A DNA stretch of 64,000 nt. It comes from Oceanispirochaeta sp. Its GTDB lineage: Bacteria > Spirochaetota > Spirochaetia > DSM-2461. Made by a program: the position numbers and the translations under genes. Below are positions 41,131 to 51,912 of this stretch, piece after piece (position 1 is the stretch's first letter; each line of letters opens with the position of its first letter). The notes beneath the pieces were generated by a model that worked only from the letters and a program-made list of their open reading frames with translations, did no database searches and had not been told where the DNA came from. The stretch is from positions 224,001 through 288,000 of the forward strand of contig CAXXOA010000002.1 in the NCBI GenBank assembly GCA_963666275.2, given 5' to 3'.

Positions 41131-41775
41131 TCAGTCCAGCAAAGGCTCCAGGAAGCGGACGGCCAGAGTAAACTGGGGCTTGTAGTCTCCACCGAAAGAG
41201 AGGGCAGTATCACCCGAATCCAGGCGTTTTCTGTATTCCCTTCCGATTTCCCGCAGACGTTCGACCAGGGACGGGCAGGCTTCGGGGTGTTCCTTCAGCC
41301 AGGCGGGGCATCCCCCGGATCCCAGAATCAGGATGGACTCTATCTGCTGAAAGAGACTGTTAAAACCGAATCCCTCCAGATTTGATGATGCGGCAAAGTG
41401 GAACCCCTTTACAAGAGCATCTTCCAGCCCCGGTATGGAACCGATCTGCTCGGGAAATTTCCGGGAGCAGTGGGTGAGAATCGCCAGAGCGATGAATGTG
41501 GGAAAGTAATGATAATCCATGGCATCCTCCTGAGATATTTCAGAAGGATCAGGAGAGACGCTCCAGGAGCCGTCTTCAAGCCCCTCCACTCCGGTCCTCT
41601 GGCCCTGCACCAGAGATTCACAGTAGGATCTGAGTTTGTCGGGACCGTACTCGTCATTGGGGACTTGGCCCGAAAGGATATTTTCCAGAAAGATTCTATG
41701 AGCTCCCACCCGGGAGGCCATCTCTTCATAATCGTTATCTTTATTTACAAAAAATTTTTTAAGTGTAAGAATCAT
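41131..41775 (-). CDS. Hypothetical protein
   Basis: ~214 aa ORF; promoter TTGCTT-N17-TATCAT 6 nt before ATG 41775. Confidence 0.7.
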   Translation of the reverse strand: MILTLKKFFVNKDNDYEEMASRVGAHRIFLENILSGQVPNDEYGPDKLRSYCESLVQGQRTGVEGLEDGSWSVSPDPSEISQEDAMDYHYFPTFIALAILTHCSRKFPEQIGSIPGLEDALVKGFHFAASSNLEGFGFNSLFQQIESILILGSGGCPAWLKEHPEACPSLVERLREIGREYRKRLDSGDTALSFGGDYKPQFTLAVRFLEPLLD

Positions 41776-41809
41776 GGGCATATGATAATAAAAAAGGTAG
41801 GTTCAAGCA

Positions 41810-42259
41810 ATGGAAAACAGCCTTTCAGGAACAATAAAAGACAGGGTGCACGCCCTGCCGGTAAGAGTCTATTACAGCGATACAGATGCGGGCGGAGTGG
41901 TTTATCACAGCCGGTATATTGATATGGCCGAACACGGCAGGAGCGAAATGCTCCGCAACCTGGGAGGCAATCAGGCCGAAACCATAGAAAAGGAGAAAAT
42001 CGCCTTCGTGGTCCGCTCCCTCTCCGTGGATTACAACAGTCCGGCTTTTCTGGATGACCTGCTCACCGTCGAGACAAGAGTGACCCGCTGCGAAGCCTTT
42101 ACGGTCCAGTTCGATCAGAGAATACTGCGGGGTGACTCCTGCCTGGCACAACTGAAAGTGAAAGCGGGGAGCATCTCTCTGGAAACCGGCCGCCCCCGGC
42201 CCATGCCGAAAGAGTGGAAAGCCTCCATAGATGCGCTTCTTCTGAAAGGAAATGACTAA
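41810..42259 (+). CDS. YbgC/FadM-family acyl-CoA thioesterase
   Basis: VRVYYSDTDAGGVVYHSRY, PAFLDDLL. Confidence 0.9.
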   Translation: MENSLSGTIKDRVHALPVRVYYSDTDAGGVVYHSRYIDMAEHGRSEMLRNLGGNQAETIEKEKIAFVVRSLSVDYNSPAFLDDLLTVETRVTRCEAFTVQFDQRILRGDSCLAQLKVKAGSISLETGRPRPMPKEWKASIDALLLKGND

Positions 42260-44136
42260 AGGGTAAAGCCGGAAATCACCGACTGAAGAGAGCTGCCCAG
42301 TTTCTTCCCCTCCTCCGAGAGGCCTTTCAGATCGGAAAGGGACTCGTAAACCGTGGAGTAGGAGGTCAGCTGTGTATTGGTCAGCTCCCGGATCCTTCGG
42401 CACTGTCCCATAAAATTCTCAATATTCTCTTTGATCAGGGAATTTTCCGACACCTGACGGTTAGTTTCCACCTGTATTCCGCTGGATGAAGTCACCACAT
42501 CACTGACAACCCGGATCAGATCATCGGTTCCGCTCTTCTGCTCAATCATGGCGGCGGCAATTTCCGAAGAGAGCATGGCCGATTCTTCTATCATTTTCAG
42601 CACGCTGTCCAGAATTGTACCGGCTTCCCGGGATGTCCGTACCCCCTGATCGACTTTCTCATTGAGAGTGTGGATGTTTCCGGCAATATAGCTTGTATTT
42701 TCCGCACTGTTCCCGGCGAGCTTTCTCACCTCATCCGCCACCACGGCGAATCCCAGTCCTTTGTCGCCCGCATGGGCCGCTTCTATGGCGGCATTCATGG
42801 CGAGCATATTGGTCTGAGCGGCCAGTTTGCCTATGAGATGCACCAGTCCGTTCATCTGCTCCGAGGTTTCCAGAATTCCCTCGATACAGGAAATGGAGGA
42901 TTTGACAGCCTGACTCCCCTGAACAATCGACTCATTGAGTTCTTCAGAGATACGGCTGGCGGCCTGGGAGTGATCGGAAACACTCACAATATTGGCGGTC
43001 ATCTCTTCGATCGTGGACGATGTGGAATCCACCGAAGAGCGGTGAACCTCCACCAGATCGGATATCCGCCCCACTCCCTGAAGCATTTCGCCCAGCTTTT
43101 CCCCGGTGGTAGCCACAACGGTCTCCTGATCTGCCAGAGAGGCATCCACATCCCGGGAGGAAGCCAGGATGGCACTGGAAGTCTCCCGGACGGCATCAAT
43201 GGATCTGTCGATTTCATCAGAGATCATCTGCATCTCTCCGGCAGCCTCGGCCACCTCTGAAAATGCCGAATGAAGCTTCTCCATCAGATGGTTGATCTCT
43301 TCTACAAGATCTCCGGTTTTATCGAAATTCAGAAGATAGAGCTTGCCCGTCAGATCCCCACCGGCCGCATTCAGCTCTTTGAGCTTCTCCGTCATAATCC
43401 GGATCTGAGCCCGGTCTTCCTGGCGGCTCAGCAGGATCAGGACAATCCCTGCTGTAAGGAATATGAAACTGAGCAGAATGACTGTACCAATATAGCTAAT
43501 GCCGTTGGGCTCCCCGGTGGAGGCATAATACCGCCCGGCATATGTTGTAAACAGGACAGCAGAGAGCACAACAACAACGGTAATGATCAGGTTTTTATTG
43601 AGGCTGAAAAGGTCCTCTTCTCCGGGATTCCTTTCTGTCATTTTCAGAAATCCCTTGACCGGAACAAAAATGATGTTCATGACGATCGAAGAGAACAGAG
43701 CTCCCAAAAGACCGGACAGCACCGAAAGGCTGAGGCTCCAGAAAAAGGGGACCCCTCCGGGAGTCACCCAGTGATAGGCCATATAGAACGCAAAATTCGA
43801 AAGGATCCACAAAAGGCTGTGAACACTCATGAGGACCCAGGGAATGGACAGGGTCGCCTTCCGGGCCGCTTCATACTGCTCTCCCTGCTTGAAAAAGCTT
43901 CTGAGAGGTTTGAGAATCCTACCTATGATGAGAAGTGCTGCCACGGCAGCGATAAGGAAAAGCATAAGAATCACCGGTTTGACAGAGACTGTCAGCCTGA
44001 AAACCATCCCGCCCTGGAGAGCAGGATTATAGATCTGAAGAAGACTCTGGGAGAGCTGTACGAAAAAAAGGGGAAAAAGGATATTGATAAGAACAACCTG
44101 GAAGGTCAGTTTTTTCCCGTTAAATGAGTTGGACAC
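42256..44136 (-). CDS. Methyl-accepting chemotaxis protein, multi-TM
   Basis: QTNMLAMNAAIEAAHAGDKGLGFAVVADEVRKLA. Confidence 0.95.
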   Translation of the reverse strand: MSNSFNGKKLTFQVVLINILFPLFFVQLSQSLLQIYNPALQGGMVFRLTVSVKPVILMLFLIAAVAALLIIGRILKPLRSFFKQGEQYEAARKATLSIPWVLMSVHSLLWILSNFAFYMAYHWVTPGGVPFFWSLSLSVLSGLLGALFSSIVMNIIFVPVKGFLKMTERNPGEEDLFSLNKNLIITVVVVLSAVLFTTYAGRYYASTGEPNGISYIGTVILLSFIFLTAGIVLILLSRQEDRAQIRIMTEKLKELNAAGGDLTGKLYLLNFDKTGDLVEEINHLMEKLHSAFSEVAEAAGEMQMISDEIDRSIDAVRETSSAILASSRDVDASLADQETVVATTGEKLGEMLQGVGRISDLVEVHRSSVDSTSSTIEEMTANIVSVSDHSQAASRISEELNESIVQGSQAVKSSISCIEGILETSEQMNGLVHLIGKLAAQTNMLAMNAAIEAAHAGDKGLGFAVVADEVRKLAGNSAENTSYIAGNIHTLNEKVDQGVRTSREAGTILDSVLKMIEESAMLSSEIAAAMIEQKSGTDDLIRVVSDVVTSSSGIQVETNRQVSENSLIKENIENFMGQCRRIRELTNTQLTSYSTVYESLSDLKGLSEEGKKLGSSLQSVISGFTL

Positions 44137-44266
44137 CTGAATTCACCTTTTGAAAGAATATGCACAAGCATATCATACTAAAAGGCGGGAGCCGATATTT
44201 TATTCATCCAATCCGGGGAAATTCTTTCTGATTCTTTTATGAAAGCTCCCCCGGAGGAATCCGGAC

Positions 44267-44803
44267 CTACCAGGAACCTATGTTGTTTCGGATCACGTCC
44301 TTCACCTGAGCCTGTATTTCCGATTTCTGCTGACTTGTCAGTTCAAATCTGTTGTTTTCCAGATTCTGAATAAAAGGACCGCTGCCGCCCTCCTGATAAC
44401 CGGCCTGAAGAAGAGGAACCAGGTCGGAATCCAGAAGCAGCAGAGTGGGGAACCCCTGAACACCGAAAAGAGCCGCCATGACCTGATTCTGCTTCTGGAT
44501 CTCCTGACTCTGGGTGATCCCGTTGGGAAAATCCAGAAAAACAAGGATAAGATTCTCCCGGGCATAATCTTTGAATTCCTGTGTATCAAAAACTTCGGCC
44601 CTCAGTTTTTTACACCAGATACACCAGTCAGATCCTGTATAGTTCAGCAGCAGATTCTTTCCCGTTTCTTCCGATTCGGCTATGGCTCCCAGAAGGTCCT
44701 GGGTCCAGCCCTCAGGAGGGTAGGCTTCCCCGTGAAGGGCCATGGCAGAGACCAGAAAGAGTAGAAACGGAAGGATCTGTTTTATTTTCATTGAAATCTC
44801 CAA
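44267..44803 (-). CDS. Exported thioredoxin-fold protein
   Basis: Signal peptide; TGSDWCIWC; GFPT. Confidence 0.85.
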   Translation of the reverse strand: MEISMKIKQILPFLLFLVSAMALHGEAYPPEGWTQDLLGAIAESEETGKNLLLNYTGSDWCIWCKKLRAEVFDTQEFKDYARENLILVFLDFPNGITQSQEIQKQNQVMAALFGVQGFPTLLLLDSDLVPLLQAGYQEGGSGPFIQNLENNRFELTSQQKSEIQAQVKDVIRNNIGSW

Positions 44804-44937
44804 TATTCGTTTTTTTGTATATTCAATATATTACAAAACCACCCGGGAATCCAGAAAAACCCGCAAACTTCTGAAAATCCGCATTGTAACTTCTACTCAG
44901 GAAAGGTATTTTCAACATGTAGGAGGCAGGGAATCCC

Positions 44938-45873
44938 ATGATCCGGGTAGAGAAGATTCAAAAAAACTTCGGCGAGATTCAGGCTGTCAGAGAGATAAGT
45001 CTGGAAGTCCGGAAAGGGGAAATCCTCGGCATCCTGGGGCCCAACGGCGCTGGAAAAACCACGACCCTCAGAATGATAGCCGGTTTCCTGAGACCTGCAT
45101 CCGGAACGGTCTCTATTGAAGGGCTGGATATGATGAGCAGCCCCGAAGAGGCCAAGATGAAGATCGGGTATCTGCCCGAATCAGCACCTCTGCCCTCAGA
45201 GATGCCTGTTTATGATTACCTTAAGTACATCGGGAAACTCAGAGGACTGAACAGCAGGAGTCTGGAGACCCAGATCGAAAGGCTCTCCTCCACCTGCCGG
45301 ATCCGGGAGGTGATGCATAAGAAAATGGAAACCCTATCGAAAGGGTACAGACAGAGAGTGGGGATCGCCTCCATCCTTCTGTCAGATCCACCAGTACTGA
45401 TCCTGGATGAACCGGCCTCCGGCCTTGACCCTTCGCAGATTCAGGATTTCCGGAATCTTATCAAAAGTATCAGCCCAGAAAAGGCCATAATCTTCTCCAC
45501 CCATATACTCAGCGAAGCGGAGGTCCTCTGCAGCCGCATCCTGGTTGTAAACCGGGGAAAAATCGCGGCGGAAGTGAAGCCACGGGAGGCCCGGTCGCAG
45601 GAGCAGCCCCCCCGGGTCCTGAGACTGGTCCTGGAAGGCAGTGAAAGCAGGCCCCTGGCAAAGGCTCTTGAATCTCTGGATGGGGTGGATCAGTGCGAAG
45701 AAATTAAAACCTCATCTGAAGAAACAGTTCTGAAAGTCCATAGCCGGAGAGATCTGCGGAGGAAAATTTTCAGGATGGTCAAAGACAGAGACCTCACCCT
45801 CCTTGAAATGTCTCCGCAAGAGAGATCCCTTGAAGATCTTTACAGAGAGATAACAGGGGAAGACCATGCATAG
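44938..45873 (+). CDS. ABC transporter ATPase (GldA-like)
   Basis: GPNGAGKTT, LSKGYRQRVG, LILDEP. Confidence 0.92.
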   Translation: MIRVEKIQKNFGEIQAVREISLEVRKGEILGILGPNGAGKTTTLRMIAGFLRPASGTVSIEGLDMMSSPEEAKMKIGYLPESAPLPSEMPVYDYLKYIGKLRGLNSRSLETQIERLSSTCRIREVMHKKMETLSKGYRQRVGIASILLSDPPVLILDEPASGLDPSQIQDFRNLIKSISPEKAIIFSTHILSEAEVLCSRILVVNRGKIAAEVKPREARSQEQPPRVLRLVLEGSESRPLAKALESLDGVDQCEEIKTSSEETVLKVHSRRDLRRKIFRMVKDRDLTLLEMSPQERSLEDLYREITGEDHA

Positions 45874-48442
45874 GATCGAAAAAATATACTACCTCATGAG
45901 AAAAGAGATCGCCGGCCTGCTCCTCTCCCCCCTGGGAATCATTGTCACACTCCTGTATCTGGGGCTGAACAGCTGGTTTTTTCTATCCCCTTTTTTCCTG
46001 GCAGGCAGGGCGGATATGCTGGACTTTTTTACTCTCCAGCCCCTGTACTTCGCTCTGATCCTGCCGGCTGTGACCATGGGTCTTCTGGCGGGAGAATCCC
46101 GTTCAGGCCATCTTGAGATTCTACAGACCCTTCCTGTCAGCCCCGGGCAGATTCTGATGGGAAAATACCTTTCCGCCCTGTGTACGGGGGGCCTGCTCCT
46201 GGTTCCCACACTGGCCTATCCTCTGAGCATCAGTCTTATGGGGAATCTCGACGGGGGTCCTGTATTCTCCGCTTACCTGGGGCTCCTTCTGCAGATCAGC
46301 CTATTTGCGGCGGCAGGGATCTTCTTCTCTTCCCTGACATCCCGTCAGCTCACCGCTTTTCTGGGAACTCTGGGAATCTGTCTTATCCTGCTCCTGGCGG
46401 ATGATATGGGAGCCTTCCTGTCCGGAGGGCTTTCTGAAGCTCTCAGCCGGCTGGGCAGTGATTCCCACTACCTCCCTTTCACAAGAGGCCTTATAACACT
46501 GCAGGACAGCCTCTACTTTATCCTGGCCTCCATGGTCCTGCTTATGGTTTCCAGAGAAATTCTGAACAAAACCGATCGCCCCCTTTTCCCGGCACTGAGG
46601 ATCGCGCTCTACGCGGCAGCTCTCCTCCTCCTTATTCTTGTGGTCAAACCCTACTCCCCCCAGTGGGATACCACCAGCCGGAAAACCCATACCCTTTCCG
46701 ATGAAACCAGGAGAGTCCTCTCGGATCTGGAAGAACCGATGACTGTTCAGATCTACCTCTCCCGGGATCTGCCGGGGGCCTACAGTGCCCTCAGGGGAAC
46801 AGTCACAACACTGATGGAACGTTACAGAACCCGGGGAAAGGGGAAGTTCCAGTACCAGGTGCACCTCCTTTCGGGAACAGAAGGAGAAGTTCAGGAGCAG
46901 GCAAGAGCCTACGGTATTACCCCCCTCTCCCTTCAGGGAATTGAAGAAGATGAAATGACCCTGATCTCGGCCTGGGCGGGAATGGTTCTTCTCCAGGGAG
47001 CCAGGCAGGCAGTACTGCCCGCGCTGGATCCCGAGGAGAACCTGGAGTATTCCATTACGGAGGCTATGGAAAAACTGACACGCCAATCGGGTCAGCTGAT
47101 CCGTCTCCCGGAGAATATCACCATTGACGTGGAAATTTCGGAAAGCCTTCTGGCATGGAATGAGACCCTGGAATACTATCCCCGGCTTATAAGACAAACC
47201 GTGGAAGAGCTCAATCCCGCCTTTCTGGACAGACTGGAGTTCAGCTCCCGGACTGTCCCTTCCGCATCCCTGATGGCAAGACTGACTGTGAAAGGCAACG
47301 GAAGATCCTATACAAGAGATCTGATCAGCCTGGAGGGAGAGGAGCTGAACCTCCTGTCTCCTCAAGAGATCTCCGATCTGATCCGGCAGATAATCTCCCT
47401 GCTGCTGGGCACGGAAAAGACCCTGGGATACCTGACAGACCATGGAACGCTCCCCCTTTTCGGGGACGGTGGGGTCAGCAATTTCAGCCGACTGGTCTCT
47501 CAGGGCTACGAAATACGGCCTGTAACACTGAATACACTCCCTGATACCCTGACAGCTCTGATCATCAATTCTCCGAGTCTGAGGTTTTCCGCCGCAGAAC
47601 AGGGCGTTCTCAATCAGTATGTGCGGCAGGGAGGTTCTCTGGCTATCTTTCTGAGCAGCCACTATGAGCACTATCCCACAGAGGAGGAACTGCAGGAGGG
47701 GAAACTGCCTGAATATACGAGAGAACAGACAGGACTGAAAGAGTTCCTGGCAGGGTACGGTATGGGCATACAGGAGGGCTATGTTCTGGATACGGACAGT
47801 TACACAGAAGTATTTCAGGAGGATGATGGAAACTATACAGAGATCCCTGTGTATTATGCCCCTCTGATATCAGGCAGCAACATCAACAGGGATGTTGAGG
47901 AGCTGGAACCGCTCAAGGAGTTCCTGGCTTTGCATATCTCTCCCCTCAGGCTTCTGAACTCAGACGACCCGTCCATAACGCCTCTCTTCTCCTCTTCCGC
48001 TTCCGCCTGGCTGATGGATGAAAACATAAACCTCTATGATCCCATGTCTATCATCCCTCCCTCCGGAGAGAGCAGACAGAGATTCCTTCTGGGAGCCCTT
48101 GCCAGGCCGGAGAATACGCAAGGGATGATCCTCCTTACCGGCTCAGGCCGATTTCTTGAGGACAGCCTGATCGATCCCCGGGGAAGAACCGACAACGCCG
48201 TTTTCATTCTGAACATGATGGATATGCTGGCGGGAGAGACGGGAAGGGCCCAGCTCCGTTCCAAAGGGATGGGCTATACCTCTCTGAACGAAACTTCCCC
48301 TTCGGCACGGCAGATCTTCAGGGTTTTCAATGTCTATCTTCTCCCTCTGATGACAATACTCCTGATCCTGGCCGGTATGAAGCAGAAAAAAAACAGGCTG
48401 AAAAAAATTGAAAGCTCCTTCAGGCAGGAAAAGCAACCTTGA
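45866..48442 (+). CDS. Fused ABC-2 permease (GldF-like) and GldG-like domain protein
   Basis: PAVTMGLLAGESRSG.LE.L.TLP; WDTT..K.HTLSDET; LGYLTDHG; C-terminal TM. Confidence 0.8.
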   Translation: MHRIEKIYYLMRKEIAGLLLSPLGIIVTLLYLGLNSWFFLSPFFLAGRADMLDFFTLQPLYFALILPAVTMGLLAGESRSGHLEILQTLPVSPGQILMGKYLSALCTGGLLLVPTLAYPLSISLMGNLDGGPVFSAYLGLLLQISLFAAAGIFFSSLTSRQLTAFLGTLGICLILLLADDMGAFLSGGLSEALSRLGSDSHYLPFTRGLITLQDSLYFILASMVLLMVSREILNKTDRPLFPALRIALYAAALLLLILVVKPYSPQWDTTSRKTHTLSDETRRVLSDLEEPMTVQIYLSRDLPGAYSALRGTVTTLMERYRTRGKGKFQYQVHLLSGTEGEVQEQARAYGITPLSLQGIEEDEMTLISAWAGMVLLQGARQAVLPALDPEENLEYSITEAMEKLTRQSGQLIRLPENITIDVEISESLLAWNETLEYYPRLIRQTVEELNPAFLDRLEFSSRTVPSASLMARLTVKGNGRSYTRDLISLEGEELNLLSPQEISDLIRQIISLLLGTEKTLGYLTDHGTLPLFGDGGVSNFSRLVSQGYEIRPVTLNTLPDTLTALIINSPSLRFSAAEQGVLNQYVRQGGSLAIFLSSHYEHYPTEEELQEGKLPEYTREQTGLKEFLAGYGMGIQEGYVLDTDSYTEVFQEDDGNYTEIPVYYAPLISGSNINRDVEELEPLKEFLALHISPLRLLNSDDPSITPLFSSSASAWLMDENINLYDPMSIIPPSGESRQRFLLGALARPENTQGMILLTGSGRFLEDSLIDPRGRTDNAVFILNMMDMLAGETGRAQLRSKGMGYTSLNETSPSARQIFRVFNVYLLPLMTILLILAGMKQKKNRLKKIESSFRQEKQP

Positions 48443-49323
48443 ATCAGAACCGCCGTCGGTACGAGTGGCTGATCCTTAGCGCCCTGATCCTGATGCTGGG
48501 GGGAATCCTGCTGATCCGTTCCGTCAGAAGCAGCAGCCCCCTTCCGGACTGGTCCAGCACTCTCCCGTTCCCGCCGGAGCAGCTCCTTATAGAATATCCG
48601 GATAGAACCCGGAGTCTGATCCTTGAAAGGAGAAAGGACCAGTGGTACCTGCCTCAAATCGAACGGCCCGGCGGAGTCGGAGAAGTGGAAAACTTTCTTC
48701 AGGATATCAGGGCCCTTCAGCCAGTGAATATCCTATCGCAGAAGGGGCCCTACTCCCCCTACGGGCTGGAAGAGGAGCAGGCTTTTAAACTGCGTATGAC
48801 AGGAGAAAACGGGGAAACTGTGTTCTATATGGGCAAGCGGAATGAAACCGGCTCCTATACCTATTTCAGAAAGGACGGAGACCCTGCGGTCTATTCAGTC
48901 CGGGGAAACTGGCACAGAACCCTGGGGATACAGCCCGAAGACCTGCGGAGCCGGCAGATATTTTCCCTGGATCCGGACAGGATACAGGCGCTGTCCTTTT
49001 ACACGCAGGATCAGTTAAGCATACTGGAAAGGAGAGAGAAGACCTGGTACAGATCCGGGGAAGTCCCGACAGACCAGAAAAGGATTGACACCTACGTGAA
49101 GAGACTGAGCCAGCTCAACTGTCAGAACTTCATACAGCAGGAAAAGACTAATCCGGTCAGTCCATTGCTGACTGTAAGCATAAGAACCGAGTCGGGATTA
49201 TACACTATGGAACTTCTGGAACAGCAGACAGGGGGGTATCTGGCACGATCGGAAGGAGTGTCGGATAATTTTATTCTGAACAGCTATGACGGCAATACCC
49301 TGAGAGAACTCTCGGGGTTCTAG
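48439..49323 (+). CDS. DUF4340-like periplasmic protein
   Basis: N-terminal TM, YGL, DLRSRQIF; typical third gene of Gld-like operons. Confidence 0.65.
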   Translation: MNQNRRRYEWLILSALILMLGGILLIRSVRSSSPLPDWSSTLPFPPEQLLIEYPDRTRSLILERRKDQWYLPQIERPGGVGEVENFLQDIRALQPVNILSQKGPYSPYGLEEEQAFKLRMTGENGETVFYMGKRNETGSYTYFRKDGDPAVYSVRGNWHRTLGIQPEDLRSRQIFSLDPDRIQALSFYTQDQLSILERREKTWYRSGEVPTDQKRIDTYVKRLSQLNCQNFIQQEKTNPVSPLLTVSIRTESGLYTMELLEQQTGGYLARSEGVSDNFILNSYDGNTLRELSGF

Positions 49324-49326
49324 GAT

Positions 49327-50805
49327 CTACAGCGGAGACTCTCCGCCTTCATTATTCCCTGAATCTGATTCGGGACCATCATTCTGAACGGCATGTTTGA
49401 GGATCATATCGATCCTTTCCATATACTCCTCATTGAAGATAAACAGGCCGCCCATGATATTTTCCAGATCTCTGATGATCTGATCCTCTTTAAAATAGGG
49501 TACGGTTTTCAACCGGGAAAGGGGTATCTGAAAACTGCGGCCGGGAACAATGGTCTGATACAAACGGGGATCATGCTCTCCCAGGTGAAAGCCCGACCGG
49601 ATATGCCCGTCACCGTCTATCTCCATCTCTTCCCTGCTGATCTCAAGCCAGTCCGCCGGATAGAGATCCGCCCCGCCCCTGTACCAGATCTTCACTCCCA
49701 GATTTCGGATCTTCCTGAGTAGTGCCAGGATTCCCGCGCCCCACTGCTCTCCCAGAGGAACAAGAAGCATATGCTCTCCCAGGTGGCTGAGCTCCAGAGC
49801 ATCGGCTCCCAGATCAGCCAGCCTTTTAGCTTCGGAAAACAGACGGTCCTGCCAGGCTTTGCTGTTGGGATCCATAATATAAAAGGGACGTTCAAAGTGG
49901 TACTCTATGACTGGTTTTCCGATGGGATCCTTGAGAATGGCGCTTTTCAGTTCAAAGTCATTATCCACCAGATTCTGATCCGCCATTCTGAGATTCAGAT
50001 AAAAACTGACCCGCTGTCCCTTTCTGTGGACTTTACGGATTGCAGCTTTCAAACCCTCTTCTCCTCCCAGAAAACTGGAAGGCTTATAATCAGGATAAAG
50101 GATATCATGCCCATGGGAGTAGCCGAACACATGCAGCCAGTTATTGGTTCCCAGATACTTCTTCATTACCTCGGCAATGTCCGCCAGAACGGAAAAACCC
50201 TTCTCTGTGGGAACCATACAGTCATAGTCAGGGCCGATTAACCCAACCTGAAGCAGATAGGATCCGGGAGGCTCGGCGATTTCCGGCAGAGGCCATTTCA
50301 CTTTTTCAAGGATTCTCTCAATCCAGTTTAAGGCATCTTCACAGTTTCCATTGTATTTGGTCAGGATCCAGTTGGACCGTCCCGTTTTCACTGTAAAAAA
50401 GAGACGGTTGGCAAAGGGGGATTTCAGATTGATCCGGGTTATCCTGCCTTTTTCATCAGGCATGGCACTGAGAATTATACCGCCCTTGCTGTCACCCACA
50501 ATAATAGTCCGGGTATAGGCTGTGATAGGATAGGTAAGGGAAACCCCTTTGGTCTGATTCTCTTTGTCTTCCAGTTTGGTAAAGACATCTGAGAGCTTTC
50601 CCCGCTCCCCTTCATGATTGGGCCACCAGAACCAGGTGTTTTCAGGATTCTCCAGGTCTACTTCCAGTTTCAGTGTTGCCAGTTCTTTTCCGGAGAGGAT
50701 TCGAAAGATATAGAGGGGACCCGAGTGAGTGGTTTCCATCGGACCGTCTATATGGAGACGGCAAATGAGTTCAGAAGTGTTATAGATTATCGATTCACTA
50801 CTCAA
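49327..50805 (-). CDS. Hypothetical glycoside-hydrolase-like TIM-barrel protein (DUF6259-like)
   Basis: GHDILYPDY, GGEEGLKAAI, SFYLN, MDPNSKAWQ, LGADA. Confidence 0.5.
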   Translation of the reverse strand: MSSESIIYNTSELICRLHIDGPMETTHSGPLYIFRILSGKELATLKLEVDLENPENTWFWWPNHEGERGKLSDVFTKLEDKENQTKGVSLTYPITAYTRTIIVGDSKGGIILSAMPDEKGRITRINLKSPFANRLFFTVKTGRSNWILTKYNGNCEDALNWIERILEKVKWPLPEIAEPPGSYLLQVGLIGPDYDCMVPTEKGFSVLADIAEVMKKYLGTNNWLHVFGYSHGHDILYPDYKPSSFLGGEEGLKAAIRKVHRKGQRVSFYLNLRMADQNLVDNDFELKSAILKDPIGKPVIEYHFERPFYIMDPNSKAWQDRLFSEAKRLADLGADALELSHLGEHMLLVPLGEQWGAGILALLRKIRNLGVKIWYRGGADLYPADWLEISREEMEIDGDGHIRSGFHLGEHDPRLYQTIVPGRSFQIPLSRLKTVPYFKEDQIIRDLENIMGGLFIFNEEYMERIDMILKHAVQNDGPESDSGNNEGGESPL

Positions 50806-50828
50806 TCCGTCCTCTCAGAACAGTTCTT

Positions 50829-51434
50829 TCAGCTGGGTTTGTTTTTCAGATATCCGATAATCATCTCTTCTGCCGCAGCTAAATAGGAATCCAGGTCAAT
50901 GGCTTCTTCATCAATAAGATGCTGAACTGAAGCACCCATCAGAAGTGAGACGGTCAGAGACGGAACAGCATCGACTTTTTCGGCACTGAACTCACCCGTT
51001 TTCACCCCTTCCTGAATTACCTCATATAGATTATATCGCCAGTTATTGTAGGAATTTTGAATTTTTTCCTTCAATTCCGGATCGGTTGTCCCCTGAACCC
51101 AGAAATCAAACTGTATATATTCCAGTTTTTTCTTGAGGATGGAACGTTTTTTCTCTACAAAAAAAGCATGGAATTTTCCCAGAGGCGAGCCGTCGGAATT
51201 CCTGAAATCAATATCCCGCTCTTTTCTGAACTGAATAAGAATATATTCAAGAAGCTTGGCTAAAAGCTCCTTTTTTGTATTAAAGTAGTAGTGCAGGATA
51301 CCCTGACTCATGCCCGCTTCTTCTGCAATGTGCCGCATTCTGGTTCCGCTTATTTTTTCCCGGGCAATGACATTTAACGCCGCCTGCATTATTTTATCAG
51401 AACTTTTTTCCTGATCTTTCTTTTTCTGGTCCAT
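50829..51434 (-). CDS. TetR family regulator
   Basis: IAEEAGMSQGILHYYFNTKKELL; ATG 51434. Confidence 0.92.
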   Translation of the reverse strand: MDQKKKDQEKSSDKIMQAALNVIAREKISGTRMRHIAEEAGMSQGILHYYFNTKKELLAKLLEYILIQFRKERDIDFRNSDGSPLGKFHAFFVEKKRSILKKKLEYIQFDFWVQGTTDPELKEKIQNSYNNWRYNLYEVIQEGVKTGEFSAEKVDAVPSLTVSLLMGASVQHLIDEEAIDLDSYLAAAEEMIIGYLKNKPS

Positions 51435-51513
51435 AACAAAAGATTTTAGCACAGAAGGAAAAAAGTTACATGTATTTACATTGATTGATTGAGCAGTTAT
51501 CCTTTTTCCCATT

Positions 51514-51912
51514 ATGAAGACATTGAAAAACATACCGGTATTTCATGGAATATTCCGGATCATAACGCTGACAGTCCTTACAGTCACACTGGCAGGCTGT
51601 ATGAATCAGGAGGACCAGGCGAGTCTCCTCTTTTTCTATCTCGAAAGCTGCCCCTCCTGTGACGACTATAAAAAGGCGGAGGAACTCTCGGAGCTTCTTG
51701 AAAAAATGGATAAGTCGAGACAGTGGAAAACCGGATCCTATAACCTGGCGATTCCCGAAAACATGCCGAAACTGAAAGCGACCCTGGAGGAGATGGCTCT
51801 CCCGGATATATCCCGGTCTCTGCCCCTGCTGATTCTGGATGATACCTACATCAATGGCTATGAAGAGATCGAAAAGACTCTGCTGGATCTGTCAGTGCAG
51901 GAAAAGAAATAA
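51514..51912 (+). CDS. Thioredoxin/glutaredoxin-fold lipoprotein
   Basis: LAGC lipobox, FFYLESCPSC, LPLL..NG. Confidence 0.75.
   Translation: MKTLKNIPVFHGIFRIITLTVLTVTLAGCMNQEDQASLLFFYLESCPSCDDYKKAEELSELLEKMDKSRQWKTGSYNLAIPENMPKLKATLEEMALPDISRSLPLLILDDTYINGYEEIEKTLLDLSVQEKK

Noticed and set aside
44150..44167. Possible second Rex site upstream of the MCP gene
   Set aside because: About four mismatches to the consensus; not supportable without a PWM scan.
46301..47671. 456-aa minus strand ORF
   Set aside because: Antisense shadow of the GldF/G-like gene.
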